In this document: positions 26,169 through 39,291 of the stretch, in pieces | Position numbering within the stretch: the stretch's first letter is position 1 | How the letters are laid out: every line of letters starts with the position of its first letter | Origin: Eledone cirrhosa | Taxonomy: Eukaryota | Assembly (NCBI GenBank): GCA_964016885.1 | Contig: OZ024740.1 | Location: forward strand, 139,252,001-139,316,000 | DNA: 64,000 nucleotides | Direction of reading: 5' to 3' | Notes under the pieces: model-generated | Told to the model about the DNA's origin: nothing | The model's input: only the letters and a program-made list of their open reading frames with translations | The model's database searches: none | Program-made: the position numbers and the translations under genes

Positions 26169-26734
26169 ATAATAAACAATACAATATAATTACCTCATTA
26201 CCAGAGGTTTCCCGAATAAGACGAATACGAAAAACGTCCTCATTTGTTCGTCGGACAAGGCAATTTAAAACATAGTGAAATATTTGAAAAGTCTGTGTAT
26301 ATGTATGTATATACACTCCAAATGTACATATGTGTGTATGTACAAATGCATGTGTATGGTGAAAATATTTTCACCATACACATGCATTTGTACATACACA
26401 CATATGTACATTTGGAGTGTATATACATATACACATACCCTAACTATATTTCCTCATTTTTTTATATATCTCTTGCATTACTTTTATTTATATAGTTTTT
26501 GCCCTTTAAACTCTTGCATTTCTTGAGGAGACTTTTCAAATATTTCACTATGTTTTAAATTGCCTTGTCCGACGAACAAATGAGGACGTTTTTCGTATTC
26601 GTCTTATTCGGGAAACCTCTGGTAATGAGGTAATTATATTGTATTGTTTATTATACATTAAATTTTGCTCTGGTACTTACATAGAGCACTCTTCACTCCT
26701 ATGACTTTTTCAATTTTCAACGGAAACTGCAATA

Positions 26735-26737
<3 letters not shown>
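26164..26737 (+). mobile_element. Fold-back PLE-type mini-insertion in (TA)n
   Basis: Palindrome centred at 26366/26367. 26164-26294 matches 26529-26659 inverted. Unique tail at 26660-26737. HHR-like 3' half GAAA-CCTC...GAGG-TA. Confidence 0.7.
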
Positions 26738-26795
<58 letters not shown>

Positions 26796-26998
26796 GCAGA
26801 TATTACACGTAATGTAATATGTGTATATATGTTACATATAATATGATTTATTACACGCCTATTATGGCAGAATGTAAAATACCTATACATATGTATGTCG
26901 TTAAGACCGATATTTATACGTGACATTAAATAGACATTTCATATTGATCGTATATACACACATAATTGCTTGTATTTAAACATGATACGGATATAGAT

Positions 26999-27048
<50 letters not shown>

Positions 27049-27102
27049 ATTCGCACATTACGCGCTCACACACTCATACACACACATTTATGTATGTATA
27101 TG

Positions 27103-27203
<101 letters not shown>

Positions 27204-27231
27204 GAACCGATAGAGAGATAGATAAATAGCT

Positions 27232-28135
27232 TGCTGTTTCTCTTTCGGTAGAAAGGACAAGTTCCCCTGGTCGGGTGATCCGTTCGCTGCCAACACACTT
27301 TGCATGGGGACCTGGGCCTGTCGTGGCTGATGATGCGCAAACACGCGCTGAGGCTACGGCATTGGAAGATATCTCTAAACGGTGAAGTGGTGTGGTTGCC
27401 GATTATAATGCAAGTCGTTCCGCAGCTCTTCAAGCGAAGACCAAGCCTGGGAGCCTGGCATTTGAAATGTCAAGCGTTCACACCCCTCACCCAATCGGGT
27501 AATGCGGTCAATAGAAATTCCACGCTAGCGTTCTATAGAAACAAGTGACGGATAAGCATGATGGCGTTCTCAGTGAGGATCTAGGCATCGATGAGAACAG
27601 TTTGTTCCTGAGGGTTTCAGTCTGGAGCCTATGGATAATTTCCAGAAATCTCTTGCGGGGGAATACTACCGGGTAGCACTGATGGACACTACAGGTATGG
27701 ATGTGCTGTCAGACTAATCTGACCAAAATGTACGCAAAGCTACAAAACCGTTCTGCACGTACTCGTCCAGTGTCCGGGCTTTGCTGACTTATGGAGTTTT
27801 GTCGAACAGCTATTATCACTGTAGGACGGATCTTGCTATGGGCCGACTCAATCTTGAAGATCATCCTGTGATCTTCTTTTGGTCAGGAGGGGCAGGCAGA
27901 TTTACTTTGGTGTCTTTAGCGAAAGAGGTTGTATGGTCGATGAGTGTGAAAGACCTGAAGATAGACACTTGCTCCTTCAACCAAACCTTATTAACTTTTC
28001 AAGTTCCACTTAGAAAGGAAGGTGGGGGTGGAGAGGAAAGTGCTACACCCACCCCAGTACATTTGTTAAAAGCTGGATGAATGTAGCGAGGATGACCCGA
28101 GCAATGGATCTACTCTGAGTATGTGTCACAGCACC
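27232..28135 (+). mobile_element. Decayed L1/Tx1-like ORF2 3' fragment
   Basis: CCHC-like remnant PKCTQSYKTVLHVLVQC near 27720 and LAKEVVW motif. Homologous to 6925-7250 and 28450-29310. Confidence 0.6.
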
Positions 28136-28139
28136 TGGA

Positions 28140-29530
28140 AATGCTAACCAACAGCATCGCGGGTGCTGGTTGGATGGATCAGTTAAATTACTCAGGGTCT
28201 AGATCGGTCCAGACTTCCAGACGGACAAAAAACTGGGACAAGCTAACGAGCCGGCTGGCCTCTTTTCACCTATAAATGGGCAGAGAGGAAGCTATCCCTG
28301 AATGGTCGGGCAGAGGTGGCGAACTCGTACATCACGTGCATTATCTACCGCTTGACAATCGTGCAATGTCCTTGTACCTGTCTGACTTCACTGGAGCGCT
28401 TACTCTTTCACTCTTTGTTCCATTAGTAGGTGGTCCACTTTCTGTCAACATCCGCTGCTTGAAGGACTGGGCATACAATGGCTGATGATGTGCAAACATG
28501 CTCTGAGCCCACGACATCTCCAGATTTTCATTGGCGGTGAACAGGTGTGGTCGTCGTTTGCCTGACACGTTTTCTCCAAGCTCGTCTCCTTAATGGAGCT
28601 TCAGTCCTGCGTCAAGCAAAGACCGAGCGGGAGCGCTAGGAGACTGGAATGTCTTCAAACGCTCACAGCCCTCTACCAATCGGGCAATACGGTCGGTGGA
28701 AACTCTACTTAGGCGGTTTATAGTATGTTAAGTGCGGGTAAAAGCGACGACGTTCTTGGGGAGACTCTGGGCGTCGGCAGTAATCGACTAGCCAATCTCT
28801 ACCGGAGAACTTTCGATCCAGGCCCCATGGATAACTTCCAGAAATCCCTGGCCTGGCAGTGCTACCGAAGAGTGTTGCGAGTTCGAAATAAACTCTACAG
28901 GTATCGAAGTGCAGTCAGCCAGGCCTGTTTGAGATTCGCGCAAGGCGACGAAAACATTGCTGAATTGTGGGTTTATGTCAAACACTTGTCATGTAGAACA
29001 GATCTGGCTATCAGCTGAGACAATCGTGAAGACCGCCACGTCGCCTTTCTTTAGCCGGGAAGGACATGCAGTTTTCATTTGCCTGTTTGCTATAGTGAGA
29101 GAAGTCGTGTGGTGGACACGTCTGGAAAGGTTGAAGACAGGCACTTGTCTCTTTGGTGAGGCTCTGATTTACTTCTTCAGATTTCTCTTGAAGATGTAAA
29201 TTAGGGTGGAGAGGGAAGGGCTGCCTTCCAAGCAGTTTGTTGAAAGGTGGCTAAGAGCGACGAGCTTGCCCGAGTGAATGGGCCTGCTCTGAGTATGTAC
29301 CTGTAGATTGAAAAATTGGGAAGGGGTATTTCCCTAGCGGTCAGGGTGACAGTAGCTTTTTGTGGAGGTTTTCCGTGAGTGACACTCGGAAGTTTTCCCC
29401 TGTTGGGGAATTTTGTTTTTGTTTGAATTTTTACGTTTCGTTTTTTCGTTATATTTTTTTACACACAAACACCCGCACTGTATCTTCTTTTGCCCTCCTT
29501 AATGTGTGGATAATAAACAAATAATAATTA
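28140..29530 (+). mobile_element. Decayed L1/Tx1-like ORF2 3' fragment plus 3' UTR
   Basis: MDNFQKSLAWQCYR and VREVVWWTRLERLKTG motifs with many stops and frameshifts. AATAAA followed by an (AAT)n end. Confidence 0.65.
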
Positions 29531-29696
29531 TATAGGCCTGACCTGGTGGTTTTTGACACTGAAAAAAGATCGTGGCTGATTGTAGATGTAGCCTGCCCCT
29601 TTGACACAAGAGTGCAAGAAAAGGAGGAGAAAATTAACTGATACTAGGATTTAAAGTGGGAATTAAGAAGGATTTGAGACTGTCATGAAATCAATA

Positions 29697-30135
29697 GAGT
29701 CACGTCCCTTTATGGTCTGAGTTCAAATCCTGCCGAGGTTAACTTTGCCTTTCATCCTTACGTGGTCGTAAATAAAGCACCAGTAACGTACTGGAGTCGA
29801 TTTAATCGACTTTTCTCTTCCCCCAAATTACTGACCTTGTACCTATAGTAGAAATCATTAATTACTGGGACTCCAACAAAATAATAATAATGACAATAAT
29901 TATAATCGATAAAATAAAGTACCATTAATACACTGTTTAATTGCTGGCCTTGTGCCAAATTAGAAACAATTATTATTATGGCAGGTAACCTCGTATTTGA
30001 ACTCGGTCTTTATGGTCTGAGTTCAAATCCCGCCGAGGTTAACTTTGCTTTTCATCCTTACGGGGTCGATAAAATAAAGCACCGGTAATACACTGGGATA
30101 ATTGGTGGCCTTGTGCCAAATGTAGAAACAATTAT
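29697..30135 (+). mobile_element. Cluster of tandem partial family A SINEs
   Basis: B box plus body at ~29717 and ~30017, and a 3' fragment at ~29906. Confidence 0.8.
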
Positions 30136-31543
30136 TATTATACCCCCCACCCCCCACAAACACACACACACACTATGTTTTTGTCCTGTACTGTTATAAT
30201 ATTTCTTTTTATGTAAACCCTTTGTGGTCAATAAAGATCCCATATTATTATTATTATTATTATTATGCAAGTTAAAGAATGGACACTGTCGAGGTGAAAA
30301 TGCTACTTAAGAATGGAGAAGTATCTAGGAAATCCATTGATTTTTTTTTCTTTCTAAAGCAGAATGTATTTTCTTTTACTATTGTTGTTGTTGATGTTAT
30401 TGTTATTATTCTCTATAGTCTTTTTGTTGCAATGTAAAACGAATCAGGTAGTGAAAAGAAAGTTATTGAGACTTGTCGAACCACTTTCTCCTCATAGTCT
30501 TGAGCGATACGAAGCCATTATCAGGTTTGTTGCATGGACTGACGTCGGCGCCAATAGTCTAAATACAGAACTTAAGACGTCTGGTCTTTTGTTAATGATT
30601 TACTGGGCAGGAAATCAAATGATGTCTGCCTTTAATTTCTAATAAACAGTCTAGACAGTAAACATGTTGGCCAAGTGGTTTGGGTGTTAGGCTTGCAAAT
30701 ATCAGATCGTGGCTTCGATTTCTGGATTTCTTCTTTTTTCTTGTGCCTATAGCGTGCCCTTTGTACCAAAAAAATAGTTGTGTTATGAATTCAAAATATT
30801 TAAGCACGTTAAATAATATCTAGCTCGCTAAGTACCTACATGCATACACATATAATACATATATTCCTATCAATGTACACCTCTGTCTCGATGTTTATCT
30901 ATCTTTTTCACATTATATGTCGATACAGTGATTCATTGAAATCTAAACCAGCAACATGACGTGTGTCACGGTATAATATTTTGTTATTATTTTGATATCT
31001 CGTCATTTTATTATAGATTCTTCTCTCACATTGCCATAAACCACATATAACTACAACGAGAGCAACAAATATGTTATAAATGTTAGTTTAAAATTACATT
31101 TAATTTAGGATTTGATTGCCTTACCATTAATACCTTTGTAAAAGTGTGCAGAGATATAAATGTTCAAGATTTGAAATACATGGCTTACGTTTTCAATTAT
31201 TTATTTCATGTTATTACATTAATGTAAGCGATTGAATTGTTGGGGAAATTTTGAAAGTTTCTACAAAAGATTGTTGTGTGGACAAACATTTATAGAGGCT
31301 GTGAAAGTTTTAGCTGTGTGTAGTTCATGTATAGTGATGGGGCCGGAGTTTTGCTCGTTGGATTGCTACCTTATTTACACCATCTTAACAGCAAACTTTT
31401 CCAATCCTTTAGTCTTTAAAAAATCTGTCACGCCGAAATTGTTGGAAATATCAAAACTGAGAACTATGGCGGACGAAATAAAATGTTAATCCCATATTAC
31501 AGATCATTGCAAGAACAAATGATGTAAAGTCGGGTATATTGTA

Positions 31544-31876
31544 GAGTCGCGTGGCTTAGTCGTTAGGGCTTTCGGATCGTGATCATAAGGACGGGAGTGC
31601 GATTACCGGCGGTGCGTTGTGTCCTCGAGCAACACAATTTATTTCAGGTTGCTTAAGTCTACTCAGCTGACAGAAATGAGTTGTACCTGTAATTCAAAGG
31701 ATTTGCCTGAACACACACTGTGTCATGCTGGATCTTCTTGAGAACTACATTAAGGATATACTTATCGGTGGCATTTTCAGGCACTTCTACATTATCTTTA
31801 TACGAAGAGATTGTTCCAATGATGGATTCAACTGGTACACTCGTTATCAGAACCACACGAGGTTTAACAAAACAAT
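31544..31876 (+). mobile_element. tRNA-derived CORE-like SINE, family B
   Basis: A box GTGGCTTAGTCG, degenerate B box, and CORE-like GTGTCCTCGAGCAACACAATTTATTTCA...CTCAGCTG...AAATGAG. Related to copies at 43095 and 63006. Confidence 0.6.
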
Positions 31877-32195
31877 GGTCTGAGTTCAAATCCTGCCGAG
31901 GTTAACTTTGCCTTTTATCCTTACGGAGTCAATAAAATAAAGTACAAGTAATGCACTGGGATAATTGCAGGCCTTGTGCCAAAAGTAGAAACCAATAATT
32001 ATAGGGCGGTGATTTGGCAGTATCGGTAGAGGGCTGGACGCCATTTTTTCTAGCATAGTTACGTCCCTTTACGGTCTGAGTTCAAATCCCGTCGAGGTTA
32101 ACTTTGCTTTTCATCCTTACGGGGTCGATAAAATAAAGTACCAATAATGTACTGGTTAATTGCTGGCCTTGTGCAAAAAGTAGAAACAATAATTA
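31877..32195 (+). mobile_element. Partial plus full-length (from 32004) family A SINEs
   Basis: Diagnostic B box, body and 3' motifs occur twice. Confidence 0.88.
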
Positions 32196-32745
32196 TATTA
32201 TCATAGAAATGTGGGAGTGTAATTACCGGTGTCAAGCGAAGATAAGATCAATAATGGTGCGTCAAAGAAAACAGACGGCGAGGAAGAAGATAGCAGTAGA
32301 CAGAAACGGAGTTAGTGATGGCGAAACAGAGGCAACGACATAGAAGAGAGAAAGAGGAAAAGAAAGAGAGTGTCACACTCTTAACAAAATAGATTAAAAA
32401 CTAATACACTAATTCACCACATGAAATTTAGCCCTAAACCACAACCAACCCAAATATCAACTCACCAGTAACACTTGGGCACCCATAACACTGAAGGTTA
32501 TATAAACTACGGCAGTACGGGCATTTGTTTGTGTACTATTACCACACCACACCAGCCTTTGATATATATGAAGGAATAGGACACGCTATAACAACAACAA
32601 CAACAACAACAACTACTACTACAACTACTACTACTACTACGATAGATAGTAGGAAATGATGATAATCATTTATTTATTTCCCACTATGGCTACTGAAATA
32701 ATAGAATATATATACATATATACACGTATATATGCGTGGATATGA

Positions 32746-32778
<33 letters not shown>

Positions 32779-34982
32779 TGTGTATTTTTATATAACACGC
32801 GCTTTGTGTTTATATATATATATCTATGTAGCTTATGTTGATGATAACAATCACATTAAATTTGTAAAAGTCATGCAAAAACAAATTACACAATGCCCAA
32901 ATATATGTAAAAAGAAATAATAGAGTCCTTCCCACTAAAAAAATGAATTAAAAAAACATCATTATCATCAACAGCAGTAACATTATTTCAAAACTATTGC
33001 TTGCAATTTCGAACCCACAAATATCACCACCACTAATCCCACCATATCCATTAACACAACCCCACACCTTATCACAGCAACCCCACCTCCTTCCTCCTTA
33101 AAATAAGAGACAAACTATGAAGGCTAATCTTCTTTTGACAGCTACTGTTTGATTATTAGGGTCTCTCTTGTAAAACTTGTCACATTAACGGTAATTTGGT
33201 CTTTTTGACATTCAGTTACACACACACACAAAATGATTTTTCTTCCCACCTCTCTCTCTCACACACTCTGTCTCCCCGTCTTTATCCTTTTTCTTCATTC
33301 TCCGAATTCTTTCTGTCTTTTTATTTCTGTTTCCATAAGTTTCTTATGTCTTGTAAACACAGACACATAATCGCACATACACAAACGTATACATAAAGAC
33401 AAATGCATACTCCATATGCTCACATACGTGTTAGCACATACATATACACTTTTTTATATGCACACATACAGACATACACTTATAACGCATTGAAGCATAC
33501 TCATATTTAAATACTGACAGGGAAACACACGAACATGTAAAACGTCTGTTACTCAAGCATATGAAAGCGCATATATACAAAAATTTGCGTTCACTCATCT
33601 GTTTAATAGCTAATATATTTAAAAAGATGGTGGCAAATTGGTAGAGTCGTTAGAACATCGGATAGAATGCTTTTCGCTATTCGTTTTGGCTCTCTACTCT
33701 CTGATTTCAAATCCCGCGGAGGTGAACTTTGCTTTCATTCATTCAAGGTCGATAAAAAATGTACCGGTCTAGTACTGGGGTCGATTTTTCCATTATATCT
33801 CTTTCTCACCTCCAATCTTTCGCTCTCTCTATCTTTCTCTGGAATATATCTACTGTATTGAGAACCGGAGAGGAAACAGGCGCTGCCATTTAAAAAAAAA
33901 TGCCCTAAAACCACAGTATATCACTGCGACGTCACTACCACTCCCTCATGGGTTACAGCGTCATACATATTCAAAAAGACTTATACATTCATACCTATTT
34001 CTCTTTTACTCCACGCTCTCTCGGTCACTTACCCTCTCTCTTTCTCTCAACTTTCGCATACATTATTTTTCAAAGAAGAAGGTGGCAATGATTACGAAAT
34101 TTTGATCGTAATGAATAACCTCAGACAGACTCCCCCCACTCTCATGTGAAAATGCTAAAATCTTTTTTCATTACGTTTTTTATATTCAAGCAACTCAAAC
34201 TTCGAAATTTATTTATGTCATATCCCGTATCCCCTGATAATATATTGTTTTCTAGCATCGTCATGCATCATCGTCATATTCACAGTTTAATACAACCTTC
34301 AGTACATGACTGGTACTTTATTTTATCATTCAACTAGGTTTAAAATCAATATTCAACTCAGTGAGATTTGAACTTAGAACGTAAAGGAACGTATTTCAAT
34401 ATCGCAAGGCAGTTTGCCCGACGAATTAAAAATACTGTCAAAATGATAATTATGAGTAAATAGAAACAGACCTCGCAACTTGGTTTCGATTCTCTTTTAA
34501 ACACTTGATAACACTTGAAATACCACTTGAAATGTTTTCAAAAAGACCGGATTACTATTCCCTCTATTTTATTTTCATTCATGAACATAAAATAAAGAAG
34601 TGGAGGAAAAAATCACTGAATTGACAGAATCGTTAGAGCATCGGGAAGAATACCCTGAATTATTTGTTCAAACCTCAGAAAGGAACAGCTGCCAGGAGAT
34701 ATGGAAAATCATGATTTGTGGAGAAACTTCCCCAGGAATGTTCGACTGTGGTCGTGATGATGATGATATGTTCAAACTCTTTACGCCTCAAATTCAAATC
34801 TATCTGACACCAACATCGCATTTCTTCTCCCTGAAGGTCGATGAAATATAATACTAGTTCAGGAACGTAGAATGGCGGAATGTTTGAGCATTTTGTAGTA
34901 TTCGACTTAGCTCTTTACGTTCTTAGTGCTCTGGCAGGTGTAATGACTTCGTCTCCAACTAGCCAACCAAACATGACTTCTT

Positions 34983-35063
<81 letters not shown>

Positions 35064-35438
35064 TGAAAGAAAGCAACAGGAAACCACTTTTGTATTGAAA
35101 ATGCATTTACAGGAAATTATAATTTACGGTTCACAACTATGGCCGCTTATGATGTTACAACTCATAGAAAATGTTTAGAGGGCATGTTAATGATTGGGGC
35201 CATAGTCCTATCAGGAAAATCAACGTGAAAGGAAGAGTCTTATTCATGAAATGAACACAACGGATAGTCGAGTCCAGGAATCGAACCCAGGACCATGAGT
35301 CCAAACCTAAATACTAGATCACACCGCACGAAATCTTCCATAATAAACTGTATTACTATTCAAGAATATAAAAACATATTTGCTTTATTTTGCTTCTAGG
35401 AAATTGTCCAATCTGACACAGTTGAGTACCACTATTTT

Positions 35439-35477
<39 letters not shown>

Positions 35478-35914
35478 TATATATGTGTGTGTGTGTATGT
35501 GTGTGTGTGTGTTTGTTTGTGCGTGTGCGTGGTATTATTTCAAATCATAATGCATGACAGTTAATTATAACTGCCATACCTAATGATATAAACAAAAAGT
35601 ATTCGCCCCAACTCTTTCCGTGCTCTCTAACAGATAGTGGTTTACCAATGTATCATAAATATGATACACCACTGAAACATTATGTGTGTGTTTGTGTGTG
35701 GGGTGGGGGGAGTGTAGGTATGTGTTTGTGGTATTACTAATTGAGAATAGTAAGACCAATATTTAATTTAGTACAACATATTTTGAAGAAAGTAAAATGT
35801 AGGTATTATTGAAGACATGTAAGCCTTCCAGTCAAGCTTATACTATTTTGATAGTGGAATCGAAAGGTTTATGTTCGGCCGCACGGCTTACATGTTTTCA
35901 ATTATATATATATA

Positions 35915-36345
35915 TATAAACGTTTGAATTTGTAAAGCCAAACAATGCAGGTATGGACATAGAATAAAAATGCAAATGCAAAAGATATTGTTGACAATTA
36001 GTCTTTTACCTTAGATTTATTTAAATGTCCTTAATTTTCAAGATAATATCTCTTCTTCGGAAGGAAGTAAAGCGGTTAAACCAGTGTTCTAAATAGCTTG
36101 CCAAGTCTAAATTGACTTGGCATGCTATTTAGAACTCTGGTTTAACCGCTTTACTTCCCTCCGAAGAAGAGATATTATCTTGAAAATTAAGGACATTTAA
36201 ATAAATCTAAGGTAAAAGACTAATTGTCAACAATATCTTTTGCATTTGCATTTTTATTCTATGTCCATACCTGCATTGTTTGGCTTTACAAATTCAAACG
36301 TTTATACCTCATTACACAATGCTTCAAGTAAACTATAACTTCCTC

Positions 36346-36348
<3 letters not shown>
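35915..36348 (+). mobile_element. Fold-back PLE-type mini-insertion in (TA)n
   Basis: 193-bp arms at 35915-36107 and 36114-36306 with a 6-nt loop, then a 42-bp unique tail. HHR-like TCCCT-CCGAAGA-AGAGATATTATCTT-GAAA-AT-TA-AGGA at 36156-36193. Confidence 0.8.
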
Positions 36349-36395
<47 letters not shown>

Positions 36396-36404
<9 letters not shown>

Positions 36405-36724
36405 TCAAATTGGACTCTGAAACTAGATCTACACCTGGAGTTTACCTAAACTTTCACCAGGAAATCATTTCGTATCACAGCTATTTTCTTTGCTTCTTGC
36501 ATTATTTAAATATACCACGACACTTTATCACTTCTCCACCTTCTTCTTCTCACCCGTCTTTTTCTCTCTCACCCCAGTCCGCCCTGCCTGCTCCCTTTAT
36601 CTTTCTAATTCTTTATTCTGATGAAGGACTAGCGTCCGAAACGTTAAGACCCTCTTCCTGCTATTTAAAACGTTAACCTAATATATTCCTTCCATATACT
36701 GTACCGATTGAGTTGTTATTTCTG

Positions 36725-36727
<3 letters not shown>
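36396..36727 (+). mobile_element. PLE 3' fragment with minimal HHR (36618-36645)
   Basis: Begins WIFKLDS...PGVYLN, like a PLE endonuclease C-terminus. Contains CTGATGA-AGGAC-TAGC-GTCC-GAAA-CGTT. Confidence 0.65.
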
Positions 36728-36803
<76 letters not shown>

Positions 36804-36817
36804 CATACATACATACA

Positions 36818-36885
<68 letters not shown>

Positions 36886-37344
36886 CATATATATATGTGT
36901 GTGTGTGTGTGTCTGTGTTTCTGTTTGTGTGTGAATCAGTATATGTGTGTGTGTTTCTGTTTGTGTGTCATTCAGTATTTGTGTGTGTGTGTTTCTGTAT
37001 GTGTGTGTTGTTTCTGTATGTGTGTGATTCAGTATTTGTGTGTGTGTGTTTCTGTATGTGTGTGTTTCTGTATGTGTGTGATTCAGTATTTGTGTGTGTG
37101 TATGATCAGGTCATACCTGCAGTGAAACTCCTGTATTTTTCTCTTCAGCCACAATATATATTTACGACTAAATAACCTAGTGTATCCTGTTTGTAAGAAC
37201 GTACAGAGAGAATGGTTTGAAACACGAATTTTAGATAATCAAACATGTATATAACTCCTTTCTACTTAAATGTTTACAGTATTGTTATTAGATTCTCTTT
37301 GTTAGTAATAAATACTAATACCTTTCATATATATATATATATAT

Positions 37345-37927
37345 ATATAATAAAAAATTGAACAGGGACAGAACAGAGAGGCAGTACGACAAATGTTTAT
37401 TAGCTTCACGCTCAGGAGAGTGGGGGGGGGGGGGGGGTAGGTGGAGGACGACGTTTCGGGCATAAGCCCTTCTTCGGGTAAGAGTTCAAAAGGTGTGTAG
37501 GGGAGTGGTGGAGAGACATATAGCGAAAGGAAACGGTGCGAATGAAAAATTAACAAATAAAGACAAAATTATAATAAATAATAAATAAAAATAAAGCATG
37601 ATCAAAATACAAGGAATGAGAACATTTAAAAATAAAGGCATGATCAAAATAAACTGAAATTAAAAGGGGGGTAAACAGGTGGTGGAAGGGTGTGGGGTGA
37701 GTAGAGGTGGAGGCGGGTGGAGTGGGGAGAGGGAGACGGGGTGTCCGAGCGGGGAGGGCTGAAGGTGGTGTGTGTGGTTAGGTGTGTGTGTGTGTATGTG
37801 AAAGTGAGGGTTGGGGGAAGAACGGGGTTGCATGTTCAGGAAGGTGTGTGTGGGGGGTGTTTTTGTGTGTCGGAGGGTCTGTGCGTGTGTGGATAGGGGG
37901 TGGGGGGAGAGGAATCAGGGGGCTGAG
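37345..37927 (-). mobile_element. 3' end/pLTR of the same PLE family as 51839-55183
   Basis: Reverse-complement homology to ~54580-55180, including HHR core CCGAAGA-AGGGCTTATGCCC-GAAA-CGTC at 37450-37477. Confidence 0.75.
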
Positions 37928-38053
37928 ATTTCCCCGTTAGAACATTTATTCTTAAAGCTTGCTAGATTTGATTATGTATATGGTTAATTATGCTGATTAG
38001 AAGAAGAAATAGTATATATTTTAATATCTGATTGATTCTATAGACATGATTTA

Positions 38054-38121
<68 letters not shown>

Positions 38122-38125
<4 letters not shown>

Positions 38126-38735
38126 TAAATCATGTCTATAGAATCAATCAGATATTAAAATATATACTATTTCTTCTTCTAATCAGCATAATTAACCATA
38201 TACATAATCAAATCTAGCAAGCTTTAAGAATAAATTTTCTAACGGGGAAATCTCCGACAAATAATTGATCGCAGCTAGTTCGCGATAACCCCGTTCCACT
38301 ATTTATCAAACACTTCGGCAGCATGCAGAATCCGATCAAACATAACGTCAACCGCACGTAATTAGTAGTAAAATTAAACTTAGAAGAAATGCGCACATAC
38401 CGTAATTATATCTCTACCATGGTTTCTTCCTTGTTTAGGACATCCAAATAATATGGATTTGCCCTGAGTCAGGAATCATCAGGAGACAAACTCAGAAATA
38501 GACATTTAATTTCTCAGACCGACCGCGCCAAATTTAGATTCAAAAATGGCTAAGATCGCTATGTAGCTGTGTACCAGCCAGAGAGAAAGCGTGTGATTGG
38601 TTGCTTACGGCGGGTAGGCATGCTGCTAGAAAGCGCAGCCATATATCGCCAAATTTAATCGCCAAATTTAATCTCCAAATTTAATCGCCAAATTTAATCT
38701 CGACCGATAGGGAGATTATTAAATATAGAGGTGAT
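38122..38735 (-). mobile_element. Unclassified ~600-bp interspersed repeat, copy 2
   Basis: Homologous to 2225-2803. Its terminal ~130 bp is duplicated inverted at 37925-38056 across a (TA)n tract. Confidence 0.6.
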
Positions 38736-38804
38736 CACATACATAAAATTAAATTAAATTAAATCAAAGATACATATATGTGTTGCAACTGTATATATAT
38801 ATAT

Positions 38805-39259
38805 ATAAATTTTAATATAGATGAGATTCTACAGGACTAGAACTGTTTCATTCTTTAGAAATCACCAGGAATCTGATTGTCCAAAATAAATGTGGTATTT
38901 ATATCTTTTCTGGTGGTAGGAGAGGTGGGTGGAGGTCATTGGTTGAAATAAAAGGGAATTCATATTGTCACTCTAAATATAAATTATAGCCTTAAAGAAT
39001 TATAAATTATAGCTTTTAATGAATTCCCTTTTCTTTCAACCAATGACCTCCACCCATCCCACTCCCCACCCTCACCTACCACCAGAAAAGATATAAATAC
39101 CACAACATTTACTTTTGACAGCCAGATTCCTGATGATTTCTAAAGAATGAAACAGTTCTAGTCCTGTAGAATCTCATCTATATTAACATTTTTATACTCT
39201 GCTATGTATTGAGTACCTTACTTACCGTGGTTACCTCCGATTCAGCCCGGAATAACTTT
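38805..39259 (+). mobile_element. Fold-back PLE-type mini-insertion in (TA)n
   Basis: Inverted arms at 38805-38963 and 39019-39195, unique tail at 39196-39259. Same family as 42905-43092. Confidence 0.8.
39124..39174 (+). ncRNA. Type I hammerhead ribozyme with intact core
   Basis: AGATTC-CTGATGA-TTTCTAAAGAAT-GAAA-CAG-TTCTAGTC-CTG-TA-GAATCT. Stem I is 6 bp, stem III is CAG/CTG, and the GUA cleavage triplet is at 39166-39168. Confidence 0.8.
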
Positions 39260-39291
<32 letters not shown>

